A stretch of DNA of 63,990 nucleotides, filler included, from Caldilineae bacterium (GCA_037446815.1; 3 parts of 3 records of this genome joined end to end with filler, not necessarily neighbours in it); one strand, 5' to 3'; shown: positions 41,201 through 48,593, counted from the first letter of the whole stretch. Made by a program: numbers and translations. Notes: generated by a model from the letters alone, not told the origin.

Positions 41201-44200
41201 CAGCCGGGCGACGTGCTGCGGTACCGGTTGCGGCTGGAGAATGTGGGCAATCAGAACCAGGCCGACAACCCGGGCAACGAACTGGTGGACGTCATCCCGC
41301 CTAACACGACCTACGTGCCTGGGTCGGCCACGGCGACCAGCGGCATCGTCATCTACAACGGCGGCGCCAACCGCGTGGAGTGGAACGGCGCGGTGAATGT
41401 GGGCACGCCGGTGGACGTAACGTTTGACGTGCAGGTGAACAACGGCCTGGCCAACGGCACGGTCATCGCCAACCATGCCACGTCGTACTACGACGCCAAC
41501 GGCGACGGTTCCAACGAGGCCACAGTGGACAGCAACACGACCGAGGACACGGTGGTGAGCCGCGTTACCATCGTCGCCACCAAGATCTCCGAGGACTTGA
41601 ACGGCGGCCTGTTGGAACCGGGCGATACCTTGCGCTACACCATCGGCATCACCAACACGGGCAGCATGGATCAGCCCAACTCGCCCGCCCACGAGTTGCT
41701 GGATGAGTTGCCGGCGCACACGCACTACGTGCCCGGGTCGCTGTCGGCTACCAGCGGCGCGGCGCTGTTCGTGGACGGCACCACCATCCAGTGGGACGGC
41801 GCGCTGCCGGCGGGCGGCTCGGTAACCATCCTGTTCTCGGTTACCGTGGACGCGGGCACGCCGAACAATACCATCATCTCCAATCAGGGCTGGGTGTTCT
41901 ACGACAGCAACGGCGATGGCTCGGTGAACGAGGACGATACGCCGAAGGTTACCGACGATCCGCGCGTGCCTGGGCCGGATAACCCGACCGAGGACCGAGT
42001 CGGGCACGCGCCGCTGCTGCAGGCGACGAAGGTATCGGTGGATCAAAATGGCGGGTTCTTGGAGCCGGGCGACGTGCTGGTGTACACCATCGTGCTGCAC
42101 AACATCGGCAACGCCGACTTGGTCAACAACGTAGACCCCGAGTTCCTGGACAACATCCCGGCCAATACCACGTACATCCTCGGCACGGCCAGCGCGACGG
42201 TGGGTTCGGTAACTCTGAACCCGACCAACACGCAGTTGCGGTGGGATGGAACGCTAGCGCCCAGCCAGGCGACCGCGATCACGTTCCAGGTCCGCCTGAA
42301 CTCGCCGCTGGCCCACATGACGCAAATCTGCAACCAGGGCACCGTGTACTACGACGGCGATGGCGACGGCACCAACGAGTCCACCGTGCCCACGGATGAC
42401 CCGCGCACGCCGGAGAAGGACGACGCGACGTGCGACACCGTGGTGAGCGGGCCTATCCTCGGCGTGAGCAAGGCGTCGGAGGATGTGGATGGCGGCGACC
42501 TGCTGCCGAGGGACATGCTGCGCTACACGGTTACCATCAGCAACACCGGCAACGACGCGGCGCACAACGTGGCCATCAGCGACACCATGCCCGCCGAAGT
42601 AACGTGGTTTGACAGCGTTACGGTGAACCCGCCGTCGGCAGGCGGCACGCCGGGCACCCCGCCCATGGTCATCACCGGCATGACGGTGCCCGCGGGCGGT
42701 ACGGTAACGGTGAGTTACCTGGTGAGGGTGAACTCGCCGCTGCCCAACGGCACGGTCATCACCAACACGGCGGAGGTCTCGGCCGACAGGATTGAGCCGG
42801 TCTCGGCGACGGTTACCAATGTCGTGTCCAGCGATCACATCCTGGCGCTGTCCAAGGTTGGATCGCCGAAGCCGGTGCCGGCGGGCGACCTGCTGACCTA
42901 CACCATCCAGTACGAGGTCATCGGCGACGAACCTGCGCCTATGGCCGTCATCACCGACAGCGTGCCGGCGAACACCGAGTTCGTCAGCGCCAGCGGCGGC
43001 GTAACGCCCGTGGGCGGCGTCCTGGTGTGGAACCTGGGCGCGCTCACCGCTCCGACGACCGGCGAAGTAACCTTCACGGTGCGGGTGAACACGCCGTTGC
43101 CACGCGGCACGGCCATCGCCAACACCGCTTACTTCCGCGATCAGGATGGCCGCAGCGCCTCGGCCACGGATACCACGCTGGTAACCAGCGACCATACCCT
43201 GGCGCTGTCCAAACTGGACGTGGTGGATCCGGTGCAGGCCGGCGAATTGCTGACCTACACGCTGACGTTGGACGTTGCGGGCAACGAGCCTGCGACCAAC
43301 GTCATCATCTCGGACGGCATCCCGGCGGGCACCACGTTCTACTCGGCCAGCGGCGGCACGTCTATAGAGTCGCCGCCGGTGGGCCAGCCCGGCATGGTGC
43401 GCTGGACGCTGGATTCGGTCAACCCGGGCGAGCCGGCTGTGGTAACGCTGACGGTGCGGGTGGACCTCTCGGTGCCCAACGGCACGACCATCCTGAACTG
43501 GGCCAGCGCGCTGGACGACCAGGGCAGGGGCGCGACCGCCTCGGCGTCCACGCTGGTGGAGAACACCGACGTGAGCATCGTCAAGACGGTTGAGCCGGCC
43601 ACGGTGAAGTCGGGCGACGTAATCACGTACACCATCGGCTACATGAACGCAGGGCCTGCCGCGGCGCTGAACGTGCGCATCACGGACACGCTGCCGTCCG
43701 GCCTGACGTTCGGCGGCGTGGTGCACGCGGAGCCGGGCGTCGTCGGCCCGTCGCAAGTCGGCCAGGACTTCATCTGGTCCGTCGGCACGCTGCCGTCGGG
43801 CGCGTCCGGAACCCTGGTGTTCACGGCGACGGTCGACCCGACCGGCGAGACGGAGCGCACGCTGACCAATGTGGCCCTCATCGGCACGAGCACCGCCGAG
43901 CGCAACTACGGCAACAACGCATCCAGCGCCAGCAACACCCTGCGCCAGGCGATCAACGTGCGGGTCATCAAGCAGTCGTCGGCGGGCGGGTTCGTCCAGC
44001 CGGGCGCCGAGATTCAGTACTCGGTAACCGTGCAGAATATCGGCGATGGCATCGTCACCGGCCTCACGATTTCGGACACGGTGCCGGCGAACACGACCTT
44101 CGTGCCAGGGAGCATCGTGCTGGATCCGCTTGGGTCGGGCACGCCTGGGTTCACGCCGCCGACGCTGGCCAGCAACGTTACCATCCCCATGGGCGGGAGC

Positions 44201-45418
44201 GTAACGGCGCGGTATCGGGTGCGCGTCGCGGCTCCGCTGCCCAACAATACGCCCATCGTGAACACGGCGGAGGCCATGGGCGGCGGGCTGCCCGTGCCGG
44301 TGCAGGCGAGCATCACCGACCTGGTGCAGAGTAGCCACACGCTCAGCCTGCTGAAGGTGGACACGCCCGATCCGGTGCAGGCGGGCGGCCTGTTGACCTA
44401 CACGTTGCAATACCAGGTGATGGGGAACGAGCCGGCCAACGGCGTGGTGCTGACCGACACGCTGCCTGCCCAGGTAACGGTGCAGAGCATCAGCAACGGC
44501 GGCATCCAGAGCGGCAACCAGATTGCCTGGAACCTGGGCGACCTGACGCCGCCCGCGACGGGTAGCGTGAGCGTGGTGGTGCGGGTGAACGCGCCGCTGC
44601 CCAACGGGACGGTGCTGGTGAACCGCGCAACCCTCGCCGACGCCCAGGGCGCTACGGCCAGCGCCACGGCATCCACGACGGTGCAGAGCGCGCCGGCGTT
44701 CAGCGTGTCCAAGTTGGCGCCGGCGACGGTGCGGGCGGGCGACATCCTGACCTACACCATCGTCTTCACCAATACCGGCAATGCCTACGCCACGTCGGTG
44801 GTCATCACCGACCGCATCCCGGCGCACACCGAATGGCATTCGGGCGGGCACTCGCACACGGCCACCGAAGTGCGTTGGAACGTGGCGAGCATGGCTCCGG
44901 GCGTTACGGGCTACGCCGTCTTCTCGGTGCGCGTCCTGCCCGACACGCCGGTCGGGACGGTGATTCTGAACAGCCAGTATGGCGTGCGCTGCGCCGAACT
45001 GCCCACCACGACCGGTGGAGCGCCGCTCGGCGTTACCGTGGCGCCGCCGACGGGCATCACGCTGGAGTACTTCCGGCTCAGGCGCGTCGGGCCATCGGTG
45101 GAACTGGAGTGGCGCACGGCGACGGAAATCAACAACCGCGGGTTCAACGTGTACCGCGGCACAACCGACAACTTTGAGGAGGCGGTGCGCCTGAACAGCG
45201 AGTTGATTCCGGGCCAGGGCCGTGGGCTGGCCGGCGGCGCGACCTACACGTTCACCGACACAGGCGTGGAGCCCGGCCACACGTATTACTACTGGCTGGA
45301 GGACATTGACCTGTACAACAACGTGCAGGCGCGCATGCTCCGCTCCATCGGCGTGTACACGTACATCCCGGACGAGGCACGGAAGCACACCTTGCGCTTG
45401 CCGTCGGTGTGGCGCTAG
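29297..45418 (+). CDS. Giant (~5,400 aa) secreted DUF11-repeat surface protein / putative adhesin
   Basis: AAGGAGG RBS; signal peptide ending VHA-A; about 34 repeats of K...PGD.L.YT....N.G...D.(L/I)P...ITN.A; five inserted YADDF...YVDNV.IYD domains; C-terminal LEW.TATE.NN.GFNVYR...YTFTD...YYYWLED.D domain; ends RLPSVWR. It contains a 100-N gap, so the true length is uncertain. Confidence 0.9.
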   Translation: MRKATWLGVVVLVALALAVGMGLAIRPVHAAPGVVLVKTSSAGGTAVPGQVIQYTLWITNTDPAPVTLEVRDDLPSQVLYIGGSAVAASPLTYADDFNVVSWSNNTGTANWAGPWVETNDAVGPHIGDLVIEDDAGSFRLRLRAANKSVDRPADTSTMLQPTLRFIRKLWSVETNDWFYLDVYDGGVWHNGVMSWSVGSTQDVYIAEEVNLTAYKSSAMKIRFRTGAAVATGDVMYVDDVEIYDKGVALAAPPVMTTSLQVEANATKVVRLSAVVLQPLSGGTLMTNTATVKSGAVTLATAQVTDVLQAPILQITKSAIPAVVEAGERITYTVRVTNTGTTTANNVSIYDPVPANTSYVGGSVQLTDLLPDDVPSVGPRATLWDSEHAGLVRARLTPSIEIAGVGAPPWILTGHTLAPGQAVTVTFEVQSQAPLTNGLVITNTASVTCTQIITPVSASAYTTVHSSPSLTITKSSQNLNPPQLNPDDTLRYVITLTNSGNGNATGTVVSDTLPANTTFVPGSVVISPASAGGTPGTPPNIATGISVPGMGGSVTVRYDVKVDKPLQNGTVITNVAAARCTEAMTWVVSSAVTDTVVSAPYVVATKSAQDMTGGAPLRPGDVLSYTVVLNNIGTMNYYDLANHEFVDILPLTYASYVAGSHTASSGTITFATDRVRWNGDLLVGQPVTLSFAIQLNTPLTNGLTITNTGEVRYDSDGDGDYDGLDIPAQTNAVVSTVTASPNIVVTKTSADMTGGAPLQPGDQLRYEIVFTNTGDMNATDMVLTDTIPANTTFASPGSVPGGGTLVSTSPVLRIEGIDLAAGASASFVFRVNLNSVITVGTSITNRAYIFYDSDGVGGNDTLAQSNLVSDAVTSSPQFTLTKQAHSGSIVPGQPVTYTIVLTNTGNAPATGVVVSDTLPVSLTFVPGSVTIAPASAGGTPGTPPQIATGISAPVGQPITVTFRATLARPLDNGTIITNTASVWCAENPTPVASGPATFTVSSAPSVAGVKTMQDLNGPPLRPGDQVRYTLVVTNTGTMNQGDYGGNEIRDDLPTYTSMVSGTLFASSGTATYDSVNRRVLWNGALPVDQPVTIVFDVVLDNAIPNGTVIQNRGRLYWDDDGDKANNRTTYTPYVSGTVVSAPLMVAHKTSLDLNGGVFEPGDVISYTVVITNIGNMDQPDIPSHFEFYDPIFPGLTYKPGTATQPWGTWGIDGTAVRWTGPITVGVPLTLTWAMDVGIINHGTVVTNAAEIRYDSDADGDWDTNDVVVTTNTTQDTIYYLSALHATKISEDMTGGAPLQPNDVIRYTVIITNTGNRPVTGAVFTDVVPANTTFLNVPTLPGGAVNESTASLVKISNISIPANGGSATIQFRVRVNLPLWDGTVISNQGYVRYDRDGLGTYEMIATDDPRTPTVGDPTQDTVTAAPALVVTKTAQDMNGGNLRPGDVLSYTIVITNTGTENAVNVAVTDTVPANTAFVPGSVTREPASAGGTLGTPPSLVSGMVITAQTSVTVTMAVQLDVPLPNGALITNTATVSADRLTPITATVTNTVTSAPIGNVAKTGTDANGGNVVPGDRLDFQVVLWNTGDMNQGDNAGDEFWDVLSPHVTLVPGTLAATSGTATYNSGAHRIEWNGPVNVGQPVTITYSADVNLPLNNGTNVQNTAYFTYDSDGDNVNETTVTSSVNFTVVSAPLVVAHKSSLDVNGYPVRPGDILSYTVVLTNVGTMXXXXXXXXXXXXXXXXXXXXXXXXXXXXXXXXXXTDTVTSAAVIAITKYSEDMTGGAPLQPGDELRYTINFTNTGDMDAVDMVLTDTIPAHTTFQSSGALPGGGVLVSTSPVLRIEGIDLAAGASAQFRFRVTLDSVIPVGTSITNRAYILYDADGNGSMESLRQSNEVVDPVTSAPVLAITKSAQDLNGAPLVPGDTLRYTLVVNNTGNAPAENTVISDTLPANTMWADNITINPPSAGGTPGTPPNIVTGLTVQVGSPVTVTFDVTVNRPTADGSQVRNRADVSATGAMTPVLSNLVTRTVSAPVFDIRKVSVPMTVTPGSLMTYTIYITNTGPVAANDMGILDNLPPYVTYVPGSAGLKVPTVYADDFESNTYSGNSGNTNFASNWVESLDDGSSASGNILLTSNLGSRRLRLNGDLTNAMTIRRNVGNILPFTSPRVEFDARAVSMEAGDEFRFQVYDGSVWQTVYTWSGPLAESGYTTRSFDITGYKSADLRIRFWVSTANDSGDYLYVDNVRVYDAGAPLNPPPNLATGLTLNPGQAITVTFNVTATSPLTNGLSIVNEAGVYCYELPVPQYTTAASVVDSSVSLAATKMSIDLNGGDITPGDTLRYQVVLTAMGSGIATNTSIVDPLPANTTWQNNVVVTPPGGVAGAPPNVLTGLSVPGGSTVTVTYDVQVNAPLAEGTIITNTATISSPNIPAALTSTVTDTVRTAALSIGKAADPSPIAAGGVVTYIITVRNTGTTTATNVVVTDTLPPEVTYIPGSTTIASAFVFADDFGSGDYSGSTGTQPWTGGWTESPADGGPLSGDITVVSESGSLRLHVSGTSKTIRRQADIRSMFYPVLEFDRKLVGMESGDTFTLELYNGSAWTTVRSWNGPADESGYTHEVVDLSGYKASNFRLRFGSGPANAADDHLYVDNVIIYDTGVPGNAPPVLTDTLSIGPGMAMNVSFQGNVASPLENGSTITNRAGASSQQTPTPVLAQLVSTISSAPDVQVTKTSFDPSGYPLRPDEVLNYTIVLHNVGTMNQHDNAGHELVDAIPTNTTYVPGSLFYTSGAGAYNAGLNRIEWNGAVNVGQPVTVSFSVRTNPLLVNGTPIYNLAVLSYDSDGDNVNDATRGSPVIDLITSAPFVVAHKTSVDVDGAPLRPGEVLSYTVVFTNAGDMDQLDKPGAEFLDDIPANSAYIPGSAWASSGSVSYNSTYNRIAWNGNLPVGVPVTVKFAVQTNSPLPNGTAIVNTGRAFYDADGDGTTNEAVALAGPITDTITSAPRIEITKAAVDVNGAPLEPGDTLAYDITITNSGNMNAVGMVFTDTIPAHTAYLSVENLPAGAVLAATSPELRITNLTVNAGTAVTFRLNVVLDIPLVNGTVISNQGMLAYDADGNGSNESLAPTDDPSTPAINDPTVRTVVSGPVLVVTKTSNDLNGAPLGPSDVLQYQVVIRNDGKANATGVVVSDTVPAFTTWQDAVTIDPASAGGVIGAPPLIVSGLTVAAQQSVTVTYNVQVSAGVADGTPIVNRVQVQCAEDPTWRTAVLTDTAYAPVLQISKVGEPNPVEAGAVLTYTILVSNTGGYPTGNVSLADTLPAQVAYVPGSTVLAVTTTYADDFESATYSGNTGTHNWASNWVEPAGDGGALAGDVGILSESLSRRLHVSGASKYAWRQADLTPFLKPTLRFDRKLVSLDGASDYFRVEVWNGVAWTPLQTWTGPADDGAYYTETFDLSPFIVSGARIRFRSGPSNSVDDHLYVDNVMIYDEGVPGGAPPVLATGLTLQPRTTLRATFQVQVNSPLPDGTTLINSASVTSQHFPTPIVATAMNTVHSAPDIRVDKTSLDVNGGLLAPYDVLRYQVVIQNAGNADATNVNLTDELPPYTTWVGNVSIAPVSAGGIPGTPPNVATGMTVRGGESVTVTYEVRVMRPVMDGTDIVNTASVSSLQAPGPFTDTITDTVHSPTLLIGKGGAPQPVEAGGLVTYTIAITNSGTLTATGVVVSDTLPPQITYVPGTSTWRLGATYADTFSIYSYSENDGTVNWASNWIEQNDDGLPTSGNVGMVWDAGSLRLMVQNVNRAIWRQADISYFYNPKLRFDRRILGLEAGKAFYLDVYNGSTWQVAQTWFGPLDEATYSTIVVDLSAYKSTATRIRFRAGTTLDSADSMYVDNVEIYDEAQAGGSPGSLVSGATIPPGASLVAQLTGRVASPLPNGTMLPNTGWVRCTEWPEGVSSTFNSQVHSTTVLQVTKSSQDVNGGDLQPGDVLRYRLRLENVGNQNQADNPGNELVDVIPPNTTYVPGSATATSGIVIYNGGANRVEWNGAVNVGTPVDVTFDVQVNNGLANGTVIANHATSYYDANGDGSNEATVDSNTTEDTVVSRVTIVATKISEDLNGGLLEPGDTLRYTIGITNTGSMDQPNSPAHELLDELPAHTHYVPGSLSATSGAALFVDGTTIQWDGALPAGGSVTILFSVTVDAGTPNNTIISNQGWVFYDSNGDGSVNEDDTPKVTDDPRVPGPDNPTEDRVGHAPLLQATKVSVDQNGGFLEPGDVLVYTIVLHNIGNADLVNNVDPEFLDNIPANTTYILGTASATVGSVTLNPTNTQLRWDGTLAPSQATAITFQVRLNSPLAHMTQICNQGTVYYDGDGDGTNESTVPTDDPRTPEKDDATCDTVVSGPILGVSKASEDVDGGDLLPRDMLRYTVTISNTGNDAAHNVAISDTMPAEVTWFDSVTVNPPSAGGTPGTPPMVITGMTVPAGGTVTVSYLVRVNSPLPNGTVITNTAEVSADRIEPVSATVTNVVSSDHILALSKVGSPKPVPAGDLLTYTIQYEVIGDEPAPMAVITDSVPANTEFVSASGGVTPVGGVLVWNLGALTAPTTGEVTFTVRVNTPLPRGTAIANTAYFRDQDGRSASATDTTLVTSDHTLALSKLDVVDPVQAGELLTYTLTLDVAGNEPATNVIISDGIPAGTTFYSASGGTSIESPPVGQPGMVRWTLDSVNPGEPAVVTLTVRVDLSVPNGTTILNWASALDDQGRGATASASTLVENTDVSIVKTVEPATVKSGDVITYTIGYMNAGPAAALNVRITDTLPSGLTFGGVVHAEPGVVGPSQVGQDFIWSVGTLPSGASGTLVFTATVDPTGETERTLTNVALIGTSTAERNYGNNASSASNTLRQAINVRVIKQSSAGGFVQPGAEIQYSVTVQNIGDGIVTGLTISDTVPANTTFVPGSIVLDPLGSGTPGFTPPTLASNVTIPMGGSVTARYRVRVAAPLPNNTPIVNTAEAMGGGLPVPVQASITDLVQSSHTLSLLKVDTPDPVQAGGLLTYTLQYQVMGNEPANGVVLTDTLPAQVTVQSISNGGIQSGNQIAWNLGDLTPPATGSVSVVVRVNAPLPNGTVLVNRATLADAQGATASATASTTVQSAPAFSVSKLAPATVRAGDILTYTIVFTNTGNAYATSVVITDRIPAHTEWHSGGHSHTATEVRWNVASMAPGVTGYAVFSVRVLPDTPVGTVILNSQYGVRCAELPTTTGGAPLGVTVAPPTGITLEYFRLRRVGPSVELEWRTATEINNRGFNVYRGTTDNFEEAVRLNSELIPGQGRGLAGGATYTFTDTGVEPGHTYYYWLEDIDLYNNVQARMLRSIGVYTYIPDEARKHTLRLPSVWR

Positions 45419-45431
45419 CCTCAAGGACACA

Positions 45432-45471
45432 TTCGCAGGGGGCGGCGGGCATGCCCTGTCCGCCCCCGCGG
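45432..45471 (+). terminator. GC-rich hairpin between the giant gene and the C25 gene (terminator or RNA-stabilising stem)
   Basis: GGGGGCGG...CCGCCCCC stem, no clear U tract. Confidence 0.4.
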
Positions 45472-45518
45472 TTCATCTGGAATCGGGACGCATCACGGCT
45501 CCCGGCAGGGAGAGGCTC

Positions 45519-48512
45519 ATGAATCGGAAACGGATACTGGGGTGCACGATTGCGGCGCTGCTCATGAGCGTCGTTGCGGTGCAGGCCGCGCAGCCTGAAT
45601 CATCCTGGGGGCGCGAACTGAAGCCCGAAGTCCGCGTGGTGGCGGGCAGCGCCGATGCCATCGTGCTGGACATCTTCACGCCGCGCCCGACGGTGGAGAC
45701 GGTGGCGTGGGAGGGCGAAGTCTGGCAGCGCGTGAGCATCCCCGGACTGGCGACAGCCGCGGAACCAGGCGCGCCGGAACTGCCCGTGCAGAGCGCCATG
45801 CTGGGCATCCCGCCCAAGGCCGCGTGGCAGGTGCAGGTGGAAAGCACCGACCGCATCCTGCTGGAAGGGCCGTATCGGCTCCTGCCCGCCCCGACGGTGC
45901 GCGCGGATTACGCGGATGGGGAGGCGCGTACCGAGCAGGCCCGAACCCCCGATGCGCGCATCTACGGGGCGTCGGCGTTCTACCCGGTGGACGTGGTGGA
46001 AGTCGCCGGAAGCGGCTACCTGCGCGACCAGCGGTTCCTGGCGCTGCGGGTGCATCCGGTGCGATACAATCCGACAACCGGCCAGGTAGAGTGGTATCAG
46101 CGTATGCGGGTGCGCGTCGCGTTGAGCGGCGGAGACCTGGCCGCGTGCGATGGCGAGCGGGACGGCTACTTTGAGCCGGTGCTCCGCGCGACTATCCTCA
46201 ACTACGAGCAGGCGAAGGCGTGGCGCTCGCGGGAGCCTTCCACCGTCGCCGCGCAGGCGGGGCCTATCTGCGGCATCGGCCCGCAGTACAAGGTCATCGT
46301 CGGAGCCGAGGGCCTGCACGAAATCACCTACGCGGACCTGGTGGGGGCGGGCTTTCCCGTTACCTCGGTGGACCCCGCGCGGCTCACCATGTGCTACATG
46401 GGCCAGGAAATCGCCATCCAGGTTACGGGGCAGGAGGATCACATTCTGAATCCCGCTGACCGCATCCTTTTCTATGCGGCGATCCCATACAGCCGCTACA
46501 CGAACACCGGCACGTACTGGTTGAGTTTCGGCGCGGCGGACGGGAAGCGGATGCAGACGAAGAGCGGGGCTGTCAGTCCCGCGACGCCCTACACGCCGAC
46601 GCGCACGGTTACGGCCGTCGCCGAGCGGTCGCTGGAATATGACAGCAAGTACGCCTCGCCCAAGGGCGATCACTGGTTCTGGGACACCCTTCACTGGCTG
46701 GACGTTGCGCCGTACACGCCGCGCACCTACACGCTCCAGTTGACGGAGCCGCCTGCCGGAGTCGCCAACGCGGTCCTGCGCGTCGGGCTTCAGGGGCGCG
46801 ACGCCAGCCTGCACGAATTGAACTTCACGTTCAACGGCCTATCGCTGGGCAGCCGACAGTGGGCGGGCGAGGAGTATCGGACGCTCTCGTTCCTCGTCCC
46901 GACCACGGCGCTGCGCCTGGGGGCCAACACGCTGACCCTGTCCAGCAAGGACCGAGGCGCGACGCTGGACTACGTGTGGCTGGATTTCTTCAGCGTGGAG
47001 TACAGCGCGCGGAACGTAACGACGGATGGCAAGGAGTTCACGTTCACGGGCCAGAGCGGGCCAGCGCGGTATTGGATTACCGGCTTCGCCCAGGGCGATG
47101 TGGCCGTGTACGATGTCTCGGACGTGCGCAACGTGGCGCAGATTACGCATATCCCCGCCGAGCCGGTCAGTTCGGTGCGGTTGCCGTCGGTGTGGAAGCG
47201 CGACGGCGCGAGCGCGGCGGATGCCGAAGAGGCCCTCGTTGCGGGGCGGCAGGATACGTTTGCGCAGTCGGCGGCGGCCACCTATGGCGTCGCGTTCCAG
47301 AGCAACGAGGCATCGGCGCGCACGTACTGGGTGGGGACGGGCGCGGCAATCCGCCGGCCTTTGTCCATCGCGGCAGACCCCATCACGAACTGGCGTTCGC
47401 CGTCCCTCGGCGCGGACTACCTCATTATTACTGACCCGGCGCTGGCAACCGAGGCCAATCGCTTGGTAACCCACCACCAGAACCAGGGGCTTCAGCCGCT
47501 GGTGGTGTACGTGCAGGACATCTACGACGAGTTCAACTACGGCCAGGCCGATCCCGCCGCCATCCGCGCCTTCTTGCAGTACGCCTATGACCAATGGAAC
47601 ATGAGGCCGTCCTACGTGCTCCTCCTGGGCGACGGTAGTTATGATTTTCTGAATTACAAAGGCTACGGGCTGCGCGAGATGGTGCCGCCGCTCCTGGCTC
47701 CGGTGGACAAGACCATGGGCGAGACGGCCACTGACAACCGCTACGTGGCGGTGCACGGCGATGACATCCTGCCGGATATGTACATCGGCAGGATTCCCGC
47801 GGCCAATGCGGACCAGGCCAAGACGATGGTGGACAAGACTCTTGCGTATCCTACGGCTCCAGGCGGCGCGTGGGACAGGGAGATTATCCTCGTGTCGGAC
47901 AAACCCGACGCACCCGACTACAACAACTTCATCCAGGCGTCCGATGAGATGTACGAGTGGCTGGGGATGGCGGCTCCCACGTACACCCGAACGCGCGTGT
48001 ACTACGATCCGTCCGCGAGCAGCGCGCCCTGGGTGTACACCAGCATCGGTGCGGCGAGGACGGCCATGTTCGCCGAGTTCAACCAGGGCGCGCTGTTCTG
48101 GAACTTCATGGGGCACGCCTCGGAGCATCAGTGGGTGGCCGACCGCCTGCTGCACGTGGATGACGTGCCCGCGCTGACCAACGGCCTGCGCCTGCCGGTG
48201 CTGCTGGAGATGACCTGCCAGACGGGGCAATTCCACCTGGCGCAGGCTTCACCCGCCGCCGAGTGTTTGGCCGAGCAGTTGATTCGCCGCGCCGGCGGGG
48301 GGACGGTCGCCAGTTGGTCGTCCACGGGGTGGGGGATGGCTTCGGGGCACGATGTGATGCAGCAGGGGTTCTACGAGGCGATCTTTTCGGGCGGCCTGCG
48401 GCAATTGGGGCCTGCCGTGGCGATTGGCACGGTTCATGCATACAACGCAGGGTACAATGACCTGGTGGACACGTTCGTGTTGTTCGGCGACCCTGCTCTG
48501 TTTGTGCGGTAG
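45519..48512 (+). CDS. Secreted C25 (gingipain-family) cysteine peptidase with PorU-like architecture
   Basis: Signal peptide; C25 propeptide-like PGAPELP; YKV.V...GL..IT..DL...G and DRILFYA...YWL; ADYLII, DIYDEF..G, YVLLLGDG, D.YIGRIP; catalytic GHA and MTC; ends LFGDPALFVR. Confidence 0.9.
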   Translation: MNRKRILGCTIAALLMSVVAVQAAQPESSWGRELKPEVRVVAGSADAIVLDIFTPRPTVETVAWEGEVWQRVSIPGLATAAEPGAPELPVQSAMLGIPPKAAWQVQVESTDRILLEGPYRLLPAPTVRADYADGEARTEQARTPDARIYGASAFYPVDVVEVAGSGYLRDQRFLALRVHPVRYNPTTGQVEWYQRMRVRVALSGGDLAACDGERDGYFEPVLRATILNYEQAKAWRSREPSTVAAQAGPICGIGPQYKVIVGAEGLHEITYADLVGAGFPVTSVDPARLTMCYMGQEIAIQVTGQEDHILNPADRILFYAAIPYSRYTNTGTYWLSFGAADGKRMQTKSGAVSPATPYTPTRTVTAVAERSLEYDSKYASPKGDHWFWDTLHWLDVAPYTPRTYTLQLTEPPAGVANAVLRVGLQGRDASLHELNFTFNGLSLGSRQWAGEEYRTLSFLVPTTALRLGANTLTLSSKDRGATLDYVWLDFFSVEYSARNVTTDGKEFTFTGQSGPARYWITGFAQGDVAVYDVSDVRNVAQITHIPAEPVSSVRLPSVWKRDGASAADAEEALVAGRQDTFAQSAAATYGVAFQSNEASARTYWVGTGAAIRRPLSIAADPITNWRSPSLGADYLIITDPALATEANRLVTHHQNQGLQPLVVYVQDIYDEFNYGQADPAAIRAFLQYAYDQWNMRPSYVLLLGDGSYDFLNYKGYGLREMVPPLLAPVDKTMGETATDNRYVAVHGDDILPDMYIGRIPAANADQAKTMVDKTLAYPTAPGGAWDREIILVSDKPDAPDYNNFIQASDEMYEWLGMAAPTYTRTRVYYDPSASSAPWVYTSIGAARTAMFAEFNQGALFWNFMGHASEHQWVADRLLHVDDVPALTNGLRLPVLLEMTCQTGQFHLAQASPAAECLAEQLIRRAGGGTVASWSSTGWGMASGHDVMQQGFYEAIFSGGLRQLGPAVAIGTVHAYNAGYNDLVDTFVLFGDPALFVR

Positions 48513-48593
48513 AATCCGCCGGGGCGGGGGCGCGAAACCCGCCCTGGGGGACTTACGATCGGTTCCAGGGTAGTGCCTTGAGGGAGGAAGGAT

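Noticed and set aside
29000..45430. Long antisense ORFs (e.g. 38156-42100, 42254-45430, 35693-37969) and similar shadows over other genes
   Set aside because: Expected opposite high-GC3 genes; the translations are R/H/G/V-rich with no recognisable motifs.
45398..47195. Diversity-generating retroelement TR/VR pair explaining the shared 15-mer
   Set aside because: The match is far too short, shows no adenine-specific mismatch pattern, and there is no reverse transcriptase in the window.
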